Below, piece after piece: positions 16,776 to 25,892 of a stretch of 56,158 bases of DNA. This DNA is from Candidatus Angelobacter sp. Lineage in GTDB: Bacteria; Acidobacteriota; Terriglobia; Terriglobales; Acidobacteriaceae. Numbering within the stretch: position 1 is the first letter of the stretch; every line of letters starts with the position of its first letter. The stretch spans positions 1-56,158 of the forward strand of contig DASUBD010000190.1 of the NCBI GenBank assembly GCA_035763445.1, given 5' to 3'. The translations under genes were made by a program, and so were the position numbers. Under the pieces are notes generated by a model. The model was not told the DNA's origin. It worked only from the letters and a program-made list of their open reading frames with translations, and did not search any database.

Positions 16776-19124
16776 TCAGTAGTCCTGCAAATGCCGCGTG
16801 ATCAGTTCCTCATGGGTCCACTCTGCTGAGTGGCCGAAATGGAGTTCGACACGTTCAATTCGACCTGTGAAGCGGAACGGGAGCCGCTCGCGGTAGCCGG
16901 GGTACACTGGCGATCGCGTGTCCTTCCCAATATCCAGGCTCTCAAATCCGAACCGCCCCGGCACCTGTTTACCGATCTGGCCTTGACCTACCAGATGACC
17001 GTCGTAAAAGAGGCGCACGAGCGCAGGTCCACCGGGCGTCTCCGGCGTTTCGCACTGGAACTCCATACGGAATACCACCCGTCCCCGCGGCAGCGGCAAA
17101 TCGGCGACGACGTCATAGCGCTCCAGCGTAAACCAGTTGTAGTGATATCGAAGCCGGTCGCCCACGATGAAGAGGCTCCAGCCTGCGGTGTCCCCTCCGA
17201 TACAGACGAGGACCCCTTCTGCGCCCTCAGGCGGAATTTCCGCGATGACGTCAATGGCGTGATTGATGTTGATGGTCCTGGGGGCGCTCCCTTCCGGCAG
17301 GCTCCCCATCCCTGGAAAGAGCGTGATCTGGTTCCGGCCGGCAAAGAAGCTCGGTCGCAAGGTGCTGTCCATTCGCTCCGCGAACCGGTCGTCGAGCGGG
17401 AGCACGTGATATCGTCCCGCTTCCACCAGAAAGCGCTCTTGCAGCTCGCGCAATTTTTCCGGATGGCTGGCCGCGAGATCTTCGGACTGGCTGAAGTCTT
17501 CCTCGATGTTGTAGAGCTCCCAGCGATCGTCGGCGAAGTCCGCGGTCCCTCTGGTGACCCAGGGCAGCCGTCCATGGCGGCAACTCGCAATCCATCCCTC
17601 AGAGTAGAGGGCTCGATTGCCAAGCATCTCGAAGTATTGTGTCGTGCGTGCGCTGTTCGCGTTTGGCTGATCAAAGGTGTAGGCCATGCTGAGGCCCTCG
17701 ATTGGCCTTTGGGCAACACCGTCCACCATTGTCGGCTCGGCGATACCAACTACTTCGAGGATTGTCGGCAGCACGTCGATCACGTGATGGAACTGGAAGC
17801 GTGTGGAACCGGCATCGGAGATGCCAGCAGGCCAACTCACGATCATTGCGTTTCGGGTTGCGCCGAAGTGGGACGCAATCTGCTTCACCCATTGGAACGG
17901 CGTATCGCCGGCCCACGCCCAACCCACGGCAAAATGCGGGCTGGTGCCCGGCAGTCCCAGCTCATTGATCCGCTCGAGGCTTGCTTCAATGGGTGGCTCG
18001 ATTCCCTGCATCGCGGCAAGTTCACTGATAGTACCGCGAATGGATCCCTCAGCGCTCGATCCATTGTCACCAAGAATGTAGATAAAGAGTGTGTTCTCCA
18101 GTTCACCTATTTCATGGAGCGATTGCAGCAGGCGGCCTACTTCGTAGTCGGTATGCTCGAGAAAGTCGGCGAAGTTCTCTACCTGTCTCTCAAATAGCTG
18201 CCGTTCCTTAGCACTAAAGTTGTTCCAGGAGGGAATCTCTGCCGGACGAGCTGTCAGCCGGGTTCCGGGAGCGACTACTCCCATCTCGCGCTGCCGCTTG
18301 AGGACCACTTCGCGATAGCGTTCCCAACCCATGTCAAAACGGCCGGCGTTGCGTCCCCGCCAACTCAGGGGAGGCTGGTGAGGGCCGTGCGCCGCTCCCG
18401 GAGCAAAGTGCACGAAGAATGGACGATCAGGCGCAATGGATTTCTGCGTTCTCATCCAGGTGATGCAATCATCTGCGAGGTCTGTTGTGAGGTGATAACC
18501 TTTTTCCGGGCTGGTTGGCGCTTCCACAGCGACGGTGTTTCGAAATAAAGCCGGGTAGAATTGGTCCGTTTCTCCTCCTATGAATCCATAGAAGTAGTCC
18601 AATCCCAAGCCGGTGGGCCAGTTAGTGAATGGTCCGGCCGGGCTGGTCTGGCTGTCAGGCGTGTTGTGGTTCTTGCCCCACCACCCGGTGGCGTATCCGT
18701 TGTGTGAGAGTATCTTGGCTATAGTGGCGCAACTTCTCGGGAGGATTCCGCTGTAGCCGGGAAACCCTGTGGCCATCTCCTGAACTACTCCGGTTGATAC
18801 TGAATGATGATTGCGACCGGTAAGCAGCGCGGCGCGTGTAGGCGCGCAAAGTCCCGTGGTATGGAATTGACAGTACGTTAAGCCCTCGCGTGCGAGCTTC
18901 TCGGCTGCCGGCATCCGGACTAGACCGCCGCAGGCACTCGGCCATCCGTAGCCCACGTCATCCAGCAGCACGATAATGACGTTCGGCGCGCGAGGCGGGG
19001 CCTTATCCACCGGCGGGAAGTCAGGTTTCGAATTATGGTAAGTCATTCCGATCTTTGCATTCGGAAAGCGGTGCTCTGGTTTGGGGTAGACTTCGTGTCT
19101 GACGTTCTTCGGGTCTTTAGTCAT
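16776..19124 (-). CDS. arylsulfatase (large sulfatase-family enzyme)
   Basis: NVIIVLLDDVGYG and the LCAPTRAALLTGRNHH C-x-P-x-R formylglycine motif are present. The 782-aa length is typical of AtsA-type arylsulfatases. Confidence 0.92.
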   Translation of the reverse strand: MTKDPKNVRHEVYPKPEHRFPNAKIGMTYHNSKPDFPPVDKAPPRAPNVIIVLLDDVGYGWPSACGGLVRMPAAEKLAREGLTYCQFHTTGLCAPTRAALLTGRNHHSVSTGVVQEMATGFPGYSGILPRSCATIAKILSHNGYATGWWGKNHNTPDSQTSPAGPFTNWPTGLGLDYFYGFIGGETDQFYPALFRNTVAVEAPTSPEKGYHLTTDLADDCITWMRTQKSIAPDRPFFVHFAPGAAHGPHQPPLSWRGRNAGRFDMGWERYREVVLKRQREMGVVAPGTRLTARPAEIPSWNNFSAKERQLFERQVENFADFLEHTDYEVGRLLQSLHEIGELENTLFIYILGDNGSSAEGSIRGTISELAAMQGIEPPIEASLERINELGLPGTSPHFAVGWAWAGDTPFQWVKQIASHFGATRNAMIVSWPAGISDAGSTRFQFHHVIDVLPTILEVVGIAEPTMVDGVAQRPIEGLSMAYTFDQPNANSARTTQYFEMLGNRALYSEGWIASCRHGRLPWVTRGTADFADDRWELYNIEEDFSQSEDLAASHPEKLRELQERFLVEAGRYHVLPLDDRFAERMDSTLRPSFFAGRNQITLFPGMGSLPEGSAPRTININHAIDVIAEIPPEGAEGVLVCIGGDTAGWSLFIVGDRLRYHYNWFTLERYDVVADLPLPRGRVVFRMEFQCETPETPGGPALVRLFYDGHLVGQGQIGKQVPGRFGFESLDIGKDTRSPVYPGYRERLPFRFTGRIERVELHFGHSAEWTHEELITRHLQDY

Positions 19125-19743
19125 GTCTCACCTCGCCAGCCATTCCTCGTCGAAAGACACTGTGCACGATGTTTCTATTCGAAATCTCGTCTTCGCAGCG
19201 CTGGAAGAGCTGCTGTTCAAAGGCCGGAGTGGCGCAGTGACGCTCATTTTTTAACTCTCTGGTGATTCGGATATGCGTGGAATGCGAGATGTGATGAGTC
19301 CTCCGTGTTGGCGGTTTCCCAATCGACTCGCCTCTACCAATCTACTGAGAGGGGAAGCGATGAAGTGGGTGCTCATCTCCTCTCCTGAGGCTTCAGCTCT
19401 GATCCAAGCCGGCGCCGGTATGCAATTCGGCACGAATCGGAGTGTCGGCCGGATTGCAGCCGGACCGCATTTATAGGGCATTGCAAAAAGGGTGTTTACC
19501 TGTACGCGCTCGCAGCGGTGTACCAGAGCGCGAATACAGCGAAGAGGACAAACGCGGTACAAGACTCGAAATCTAAACGGAGTTGTCTCGGCGGTTTTAG
19601 GGCAGGCGAAACCCGGGAGGGTGCTGCTGCTTTCCCAGAGCATCTCGCGGGTTTGGAGTTGCAGCTTTGTGTAATTCTGTGGTTTGCACCCGCAAGAGAT
19701 TAACGGGCGCAAGTGCGCTCGACAATCACTGAGGTATTTAGAA

Positions 19744-20718
19744 ATGCCGCAGAATATTGCCTTGCTGACCAGTGGTGGCGATGCGCCCGGAATGAATGCA
19801 GCGATTCGCGCAGTTGTTCGAAGCGCCATCCATCGGGGGTGGCAGGTGATCGGAATCGAATCCGGGTTTGCAGGCCTGCTTTCGGGGGAGTTCCGTGGCC
19901 TGACAAGGGGTGACGTGAGCGGGATCATCGACAAAGGGGGAACTTTCCTGCGTAGCGCACGATCAGCGGCTTTCTTGGAAGAGGCGGCCCAAGCGCAAGC
20001 GGTGGCCACCCTACGGGCACACCAAATTACCGGATTGATCGTGATTGGGGGCAATGGATCTCAGGCTGGAGCCCTTGCCCTCGCAAAGCGAGCTTTCCCG
20101 GTCGTTGGCATTGGAGCCACGATTGACAACGATGTATTTGGGACGGATCTTGCCATAGGCGTTGATACTGCTTTGAATATTGCCTTGGAGGCAATTGATC
20201 GCATTAAGGTCACCGCGGCCTCGCATCAGCGAGTATTTCTTGTAGAGGTTATGGGGCGGGATTCCGGATACCTGGCGTTGGTCTCCGGAATTGCGGGTGG
20301 AGCCGAACTCATTGTGATCCCCGAATTCGAAGGTGACTCCGCCCGGATGGCAGATCAACTGCTTGGTGCCTATCAGCGCGGGCACGCTCATGCGATTGCA
20401 GTGGTCGCTGAAGGGGCTCGTTACGACGCGGATGCGTTCTCAAAGTATCTTTCAGCAGATCCAAAATACACCAAGATTGACACGCGGGTAACGAAATTGG
20501 GTCACGTCCAACGTGGCGGAGCCCCAGGCGTAGTCGACCGGCTGCTGGCCTCGCGACTGGGAGTTGCTGCGTGTGACTGTTTTGCACGCGGCGAGCACGG
20601 AGTTCTTGTCGGACTGGCCGCAGGGAGAGTCGCTGTGACCGCCCTCTCGAGAGTCGTGTCATCCAAAAAAATGTTGGATCAAGAGTTGATTCGGCTCTCG
20701 GGCGAACTGGCGGACTAA
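19744..20718 (+). CDS. pfkA: ATP-dependent 6-phosphofructokinase
   Basis: Motifs present: LTSGGDAPGMNAAIRAVVR, IGGNGS, TIDNDV, MGRDSGYLAL and HVQRGG. ATG at 19744 was chosen over the upstream TTG at 19684. Confidence 0.92.
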   Translation: MPQNIALLTSGGDAPGMNAAIRAVVRSAIHRGWQVIGIESGFAGLLSGEFRGLTRGDVSGIIDKGGTFLRSARSAAFLEEAAQAQAVATLRAHQITGLIVIGGNGSQAGALALAKRAFPVVGIGATIDNDVFGTDLAIGVDTALNIALEAIDRIKVTAASHQRVFLVEVMGRDSGYLALVSGIAGGAELIVIPEFEGDSARMADQLLGAYQRGHAHAIAVVAEGARYDADAFSKYLSADPKYTKIDTRVTKLGHVQRGGAPGVVDRLLASRLGVAACDCFARGEHGVLVGLAAGRVAVTALSRVVSSKKMLDQELIRLSGELAD

Positions 20719-20723
20719 GCGCT

Positions 20724-20936
20724 TCAGGCGCTCTTCCGTTCCTCAGGCGTTATCTTGCGCGCCGTACCCGGTTCATCACGGTGTTCCGTCCCGGGCGTTT
20801 GGGAGCTGAACGAGTCAAAGGCCGGGTTCTGCAACGTAGAAAGCGGGTCGCTGGCGGGAAAAGTATCTGCAAGAGTCTTGTCCAGCATCCTTTCGGCATC
20901 GGTCTCAATGCTCATTATGCGGAACCTTTCTCTCAT
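20724..20936 (-). CDS. small protein with TFPASDP motif
   Basis: LDKTLADTFPASDPLS is a motif I recognise from many small uncharacterised bacterial proteins. This is the last gene of the minus-strand run 25009 to 20724. Confidence 0.5.
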   Translation of the reverse strand: MRERFRIMSIETDAERMLDKTLADTFPASDPLSTLQNPAFDSFSSQTPGTEHRDEPGTARKITPEERKSA

Positions 20937-20969
20937 TCGAGAGCGTTGGGCGCGAAACCTTCTCAGTCT

Positions 20970-22169
20970 TCAGCCAGCGCGCGAAAAAAGTGGAATATTT
21001 GTTTTCCGGCGCGACGGGATCCTTGCGGCGCGAAGCCACGCGCCAATGCCGCCTGCTGCGCGGAGCTTTCTTGCCGCTTCACCTGCCACAACTTCCATTG
21101 GAACGGACTGTAAGTTGGCAAGTTCGGGAAGTAGAGTGCGCAGCGTTCGTGATTGCCGTTCAGAGCCGCAGATTGGACAAGCAGCGTCTGTCGTCCGGTC
21201 GCCCCAGCCGCAGTTCGAGCACTGCTGCACCACTCCCTTCAAACCGCGAGCGACGACCAGTTCGCGTACCTCTCCATGTTGAAGCCGGTCCAATGTTTGA
21301 TCGAGGCCCGTTACACTCTGGCGTGTCTCCTGGCCGGAGATGATCTCGTTGACAAGCGCTGTCTCATACTCGCGCTCCCAACGATTCAGGGCGGGCTGGA
21401 GTTTATTGTTTACCTCGCTCGGAGACATGTCTGGGAAAGTTTTCGGGAGCGTGGCCATTTGCTCACGAGATTCTGAAGGTACTGTGCTAAGAATGGTTTC
21501 GACCTCCGCTCGTTCGCCGGCCAGGATGATGGGGCTTATTTGTCCTTCGTTTGACCAGTCAACAACGCGCTTGGACAGCCGCCTGAGGAAATGGTTGCGC
21601 TGTTCTGCTGTGCGAGTGGCAACTTGGTCGCGCTGTACGCCGTATTGCTTCGATACTCCTGAAGTGGACGGTCCGACAAGATGCGGCTTCCTCCACGAGG
21701 AGATATTTATAGAGAAGGCAAAGGTTGGATCTTCCTCAACGAATCCGAGCCAGAAGCGGAAAAACCGTGCTCCAGATCCTCCAATGAGAACGGCGCCACG
21801 GAGCCGATGTTCATCAAGCAGCCATGCCATGTGCTGAAGAGATGGGTTGCCCCAATGCAGTTCCTCCGCGACTTCAACCTGCAACGGGATTGCTTCCCAT
21901 GTTTGCTGGCCCGCAAATACCACGAGGCCGCGGCTACGAGGCCGGGCCCTCTGAACGTATTCGTTGACTCGGTCGAGTTGTTTGCGAAACTCTTTTCGCG
22001 CAGATGGTGGCAGTTCGTTGTTGAGTGCTTGCCCAGCTGACTTAAGCCATTTGACGTAGCCTCTAGGCGTGCTCTGGTTCCTTGGATTCCCAGGACTCAC
22101 GTCGAGATATGCAGCCAAAACGGGGGGCGGTACATGGAGTAGGCCCGAAACTCGTGATGCTAGAGACAC
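20970..22169 (-). CDS. bacterial eRF1/Pelota-like (baeRF1/Vms1-like) protein with inserted zinc ribbon
   Basis: The N-terminal PPVLAAYLDVSPG, the central VLIGGSGARFFRF, and the C-terminal TGLDQTLDRLQHGEVRELVVARGL resemble eRF1-like three-domain proteins. A CSNCGW...CPICG zinc ribbon is inserted. Confidence 0.7.
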   Translation of the reverse strand: MSLASRVSGLLHVPPPVLAAYLDVSPGNPRNQSTPRGYVKWLKSAGQALNNELPPSARKEFRKQLDRVNEYVQRARPRSRGLVVFAGQQTWEAIPLQVEVAEELHWGNPSLQHMAWLLDEHRLRGAVLIGGSGARFFRFWLGFVEEDPTFAFSINISSWRKPHLVGPSTSGVSKQYGVQRDQVATRTAEQRNHFLRRLSKRVVDWSNEGQISPIILAGERAEVETILSTVPSESREQMATLPKTFPDMSPSEVNNKLQPALNRWEREYETALVNEIISGQETRQSVTGLDQTLDRLQHGEVRELVVARGLKGVVQQCSNCGWGDRTTDAACPICGSERQSRTLRTLLPELANLQSVPMEVVAGEAARKLRAAGGIGAWLRAARIPSRRKTNIPLFSRAG

Positions 22170-22201
22170 TTGTTTTCCTCTTCTTGGAATGTTCGGAATT
22201 T

Positions 22202-23380
22202 TCAGGCTGCTGGATGCAACTGACCAGTTTCTTGCTCCCGGAGCAGTCCTAAAATCAGACGGTTTGTCTCCATTGCCCGCGTCTGAAGATCAGGCAGCCT
22301 CTTCGCTATACTCTTCGTGATTTCCTTCCTGGTATCCCATGAGCGGTCAATCCGCGCGATGAGCTGCCCTATACTGAAAGTTCCGAGTGGGGGTGTCTCA
22401 ATATCAAGATCTTGTAAAAACCCCATGACTTTCGAGGCATAGGGGAGCGCGGTAAATGGCACCCCACGCAGTGCAGCGAAGATCAGAAAATGAAGCCGCA
22501 TACCCACGGCAAATTCGAAATGACCGAGCAGCGACAGAATTTCCTGAGGCAAGTAGGTGCGCCTGAGCACCTCCGCCCTGTCTGCGTTCTGCATGTGTGA
22601 AACAACTGCGTGACTGTGCTGAACGTCGGTCCTTTCCATAGAGACAAACACGACGTCAGCATCCAACCGATCAACGATGTAATCCGCGGCATTCGCAAGC
22701 AGCGCGTAATACTCCTCTGGATTGATATCGGGAGCCGCCGGGCCGCGTTCCCGAACGGAAAATCCAACCAAATGGCGCTGGAATTGAACGCCTTCTTCTT
22801 TGATCGCGTCGAGCGATAACTGCCCGAGGACGAGGAGAAGTGCAGGATCGGCAGTCAGGTGGATTTCACGGTTTACGCCGACGTCTTCCAATACACGATA
22901 GCCTTGCCTGTCGCGCACAGACACAATCGCGGCCGAGTTCAGCGCCTCCCGGACGGAAACTCGCGCTTCACGGTTGTTCAACGGCCCGGCACTCACAGCG
23001 TAAACCACCACTGGGATATTCAGTTCATGCGCCACCAACACTTCCCTGAGATAGATCTCGGCTTCGCCATCGAAGAGGATTCCTCCTCCGCCCAGAATGA
23101 AAAGATCGAGCCGCCGAATCTCGGGAGTAATCTCCTTTCGAGTCAATTCCCGAACGGGCACGGCTCGCTCCACGTTGTGCCTGCTGAGAGTGTCCGCAGG
23201 ATTCCGAGTGAACACGGTAATTTCCACCGGCAGGGAGGCGCGCAGTTGGGAGATGATTCCGTCTAGAATCGCCTCGTCTCCCAAATTCATGCCGCCATAG
23301 GATCCCGAAATGCCGATTTGGAAGACGCGGTGCACTGGAGATTTCCTGGTTTGCTTTTTAGCATTGTCGGCTCGAATCAT
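22202..23380 (-). CDS. polysaccharide pyruvyl transferase family protein
   Basis: FQIGISGSYGGMNLGDEAILDGIISQLRA and ILGGGGILFDG are typical of the CsaB/WcaK-type PS_pyruv_trans family. Confidence 0.82.
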   Translation of the reverse strand: MIRADNAKKQTRKSPVHRVFQIGISGSYGGMNLGDEAILDGIISQLRASLPVEITVFTRNPADTLSRHNVERAVPVRELTRKEITPEIRRLDLFILGGGGILFDGEAEIYLREVLVAHELNIPVVVYAVSAGPLNNREARVSVREALNSAAIVSVRDRQGYRVLEDVGVNREIHLTADPALLLVLGQLSLDAIKEEGVQFQRHLVGFSVRERGPAAPDINPEEYYALLANAADYIVDRLDADVVFVSMERTDVQHSHAVVSHMQNADRAEVLRRTYLPQEILSLLGHFEFAVGMRLHFLIFAALRGVPFTALPYASKVMGFLQDLDIETPPLGTFSIGQLIARIDRSWDTRKEITKSIAKRLPDLQTRAMETNRLILGLLREQETGQLHPAA

Positions 23381-23392
23381 AGCGATACGTTC

Positions 23393-25009
23393 TCACACTG
23401 GTGTGAGGGAAGGCCACTCCAGTTGGATGCCTTGTTTGCGAAGATAAGATTGAAATTCTAGGAGAAGAGAGTTTCGGTGCAGCACTCCCCTGGGACTTAC
23501 CTTACGTTCCAAGCAGAATGCCGCCAACGCTCCCGCAGCTTCGCCCACTGCCCATTCCACATGATGTACCCGGTAAGCTCCGCTTGCAATGCAGCTCACG
23601 CCCAGGTTCCTTCCACCGGGTAGAAGGTTCTCCAGTCGCTCTGGTATTAAGGAACCAAGCGGAATCTGAAAAGGCCAGGCACCCAAGTCCAAATAAGGGG
23701 CGCCGTTTGTACGCGGATGCAGGTCAATTCGATAGCAGCCCACCCCGACCGAATCTGCAAACAGTTCTGGACCGTCAGGGCGTAAAGAGGAAGCAATGTG
23801 CTGTTCAAGAACCGTGAATTCGGCACGGATGCGGCGCGATGAACGGATGTAAGGCGAAAGCGCGAGTCCGTCCGGGGTTCCGCCGACAACATCCGCCCGG
23901 AGCCGCAACCCAGGGTAGCCAGTGCCGTCATCCGGCCTCGGGGCTTCGACTTGGAGCCAATACAAGAGGCTGAGGCTGAGTTGGCGCGCGCTTTCAAGAT
24001 TCCGGGCCTGCTCGTCGCGATCGACGCCGCAAACAGGCGCGATTCTGTAGTCGTTTTGCGGCCAGTCCACCAGAGTTATGTCGCTGGGCGCAAAGCCATC
24101 CTGGAAGTTACTTCGATCCAGAATTCGTCGAAAACTCCACCAAGAATAGCCGTCTGCCGGCTCAAAAAGAAAACGCTCCAGGGGCTCGAGAGTGGAAGGT
24201 CTTACTACTCTCCAGCTAAGCAGGCGGCCTGGCCAGTTCGGAGGAGTGTAGGCGCGCCAGAATTGGTAGTCACGTGGCTTTTCAATGATGTGGTCTTCAC
24301 CGGGCAGGTGCTCCATGGCAAAGCAGAACGTCATTGCCTGCTGATCCAAAGGATCCGCGCGATCCGGCGCATGAGGTTCGCCAGTATGGGTCCGAGATTC
24401 AGCGCCAATCCAATACTCCGCTCCTGACATCGGGAGGAGGTCTCCGAACGAAGTGGCATCAATAAAGTAGCGCGCGTGAATTTCGTATTCCACTCCAGGA
24501 TCAAGGCTCTCGACCATTACGGACTCGATCTGGTCGCGAATGGCGCACGCCTGAACGGGACGGCACGTCCGCAAAATAGACAGGTTCCCGTTCAGCTCAT
24601 ACGGAGCAAGCAACTGACTCAGAACCGCGAGCGCGACTCGCGGATCATGACACAACCGGCTAACGAAGCCATTGCCTGGATTAAAAGTCTTTAACCTGCG
24701 GACCTGTGGCCTCAACGGCAGGTGAGCGCGATAATAAGCACGAATACCCCGGCGAAGTTCCCGGTAGCTGCTATTTGCTCCAAATTGCTCAATCCAGGGG
24801 TGCTCGTCAGGAGGCACGGCTTCACTCGTTAACTGCCCGCCGAGCCACTGCGTTTGCTCTGTCAGAATCACGCGCTTTCCTGCTCTTGCCGCTGCTAACG
24901 CCGCCGCGCAACCTCCAAGGCCTCCTCCAATGATGGCAACATCTGTACGAAGAAATTTCACCGTCTTCCCTTCTGCAGCGTCGGCATACGCCAACTGCCA
25001 CTTGCGCAA
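23393..25009 (-). CDS. FAD-dependent oxidoreductase
   Basis: The dinucleotide-binding motif DVAIIGGGLGGCAAALAAARAGKRVILTEQTQWLGGQ is at the N-terminus. Confidence 0.85.
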   Translation of the reverse strand: MRKWQLAYADAAEGKTVKFLRTDVAIIGGGLGGCAAALAAARAGKRVILTEQTQWLGGQLTSEAVPPDEHPWIEQFGANSSYRELRRGIRAYYRAHLPLRPQVRRLKTFNPGNGFVSRLCHDPRVALAVLSQLLAPYELNGNLSILRTCRPVQACAIRDQIESVMVESLDPGVEYEIHARYFIDATSFGDLLPMSGAEYWIGAESRTHTGEPHAPDRADPLDQQAMTFCFAMEHLPGEDHIIEKPRDYQFWRAYTPPNWPGRLLSWRVVRPSTLEPLERFLFEPADGYSWWSFRRILDRSNFQDGFAPSDITLVDWPQNDYRIAPVCGVDRDEQARNLESARQLSLSLLYWLQVEAPRPDDGTGYPGLRLRADVVGGTPDGLALSPYIRSSRRIRAEFTVLEQHIASSLRPDGPELFADSVGVGCYRIDLHPRTNGAPYLDLGAWPFQIPLGSLIPERLENLLPGGRNLGVSCIASGAYRVHHVEWAVGEAAGALAAFCLERKVSPRGVLHRNSLLLEFQSYLRKQGIQLEWPSLTPV

Positions 25010-25283
25010 ATGCCTTCAGAAGCGATGCTGCAATTGGAGAGCGCGATTCCTGAATAGAAATAAGCTAAGCACGTTCTATGTCTTGGGGAACCTCGCTGAT
25101 TCTACCGGCATCTGGTTTCGAAGAGATGTCTGGGGCATTTAGAGGAAGGAATACAGCTTCGAAAATGAGTTCCGCGCCAGGGGAGCGAGAGTACCGAGTC
25201 TTTGCCATGAGAAAAGATGATCCGGTGTCGCGTACAGGTTGAACTCCTTTGCTGAATGACTAAATGCTGGATATAACAAGAAC

Positions 25284-25742
25284 ATGCCTATGTGGCCGCC
25301 TAGAAAGATTCTCTGCCCGACCGATTTCAGCGAAGGCTCCAGGATAGCCATTTCACAAGCAACCGAACTGGCAACGCAATTTCGAGCAGCGATTTATTTG
25401 CTTCACGCAATTTCGATGCAAGCGCCGCCATTGCCGACCGACCCTGAGTATTCCTTCAATATGCTGGAGGCAAATAAAATTTTGGATGAACAGGCGCGAA
25501 GAAATTTGCAACAGGCGGCTGAACAGCTTAAAAATGCGGGCTTTACAACGCGTGCCATTGTCGTCATTGGAGATGCAGCTACTGCAATCGTTGAAACTGC
25601 CGAGCGAGAGCAGGTGGACCTCATTGTGATTGCCACGTATGGGAAAACAGGGTGGCGCCGCCTGGCCTTTGGATCTGTCACCGAAAAGGTTGTTCGCCTT
25701 GCAACCTGCCCGGTTTTAACGATTCACGGGGACGTGCAGTGA
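25284..25742 (+). CDS. universal stress protein (single USP domain)
   Basis: ILCPTDFSEGS...DLIVIATYGKTGWRRLAFGSVTEKVVRLATCPVLTI carries the G-x2-G-x9-G(S/T) ATP motif. Confidence 0.9.
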   Translation: MPMWPPRKILCPTDFSEGSRIAISQATELATQFRAAIYLLHAISMQAPPLPTDPEYSFNMLEANKILDEQARRNLQQAAEQLKNAGFTTRAIVVIGDAATAIVETAEREQVDLIVIATYGKTGWRRLAFGSVTEKVVRLATCPVLTIHGDVQ

Positions 25743-25892
25743 CGCTCCGCGCCCTGGATAGTCGAATATGAAACTTTTCGATCGTTGCGAAGAAAAGAAA
25801 GGATGTGATGGCTATGGGATAGTTGGGTGATATCCGTCTGATCTCTTGCGAACAAGGACAATGTCGCGCAAGCATCCAACTGGAAGAGAGCA

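Noticed and set aside
16830-18197. 455-aa plus-strand ORF
   Set aside because: It lies entirely antisense to the arylsulfatase gene, which has unmistakable family motifs. The translation has no recognisable motif. This is a typical shadow ORF in GC-rich DNA.
19251-20054. 267-aa minus-strand ORF
   Set aside because: It overlaps the pfkA 5' region antisense, has no motif and no SD. The pfkA frame is unambiguous.
20700-20745. Short hairpin agcgc-ttcag-gcgct between the convergent pfkA and small-protein genes, considered as a bidirectional terminator
   Set aside because: It has only a 5-bp stem and no T-tract on either side, so it is not convincing.
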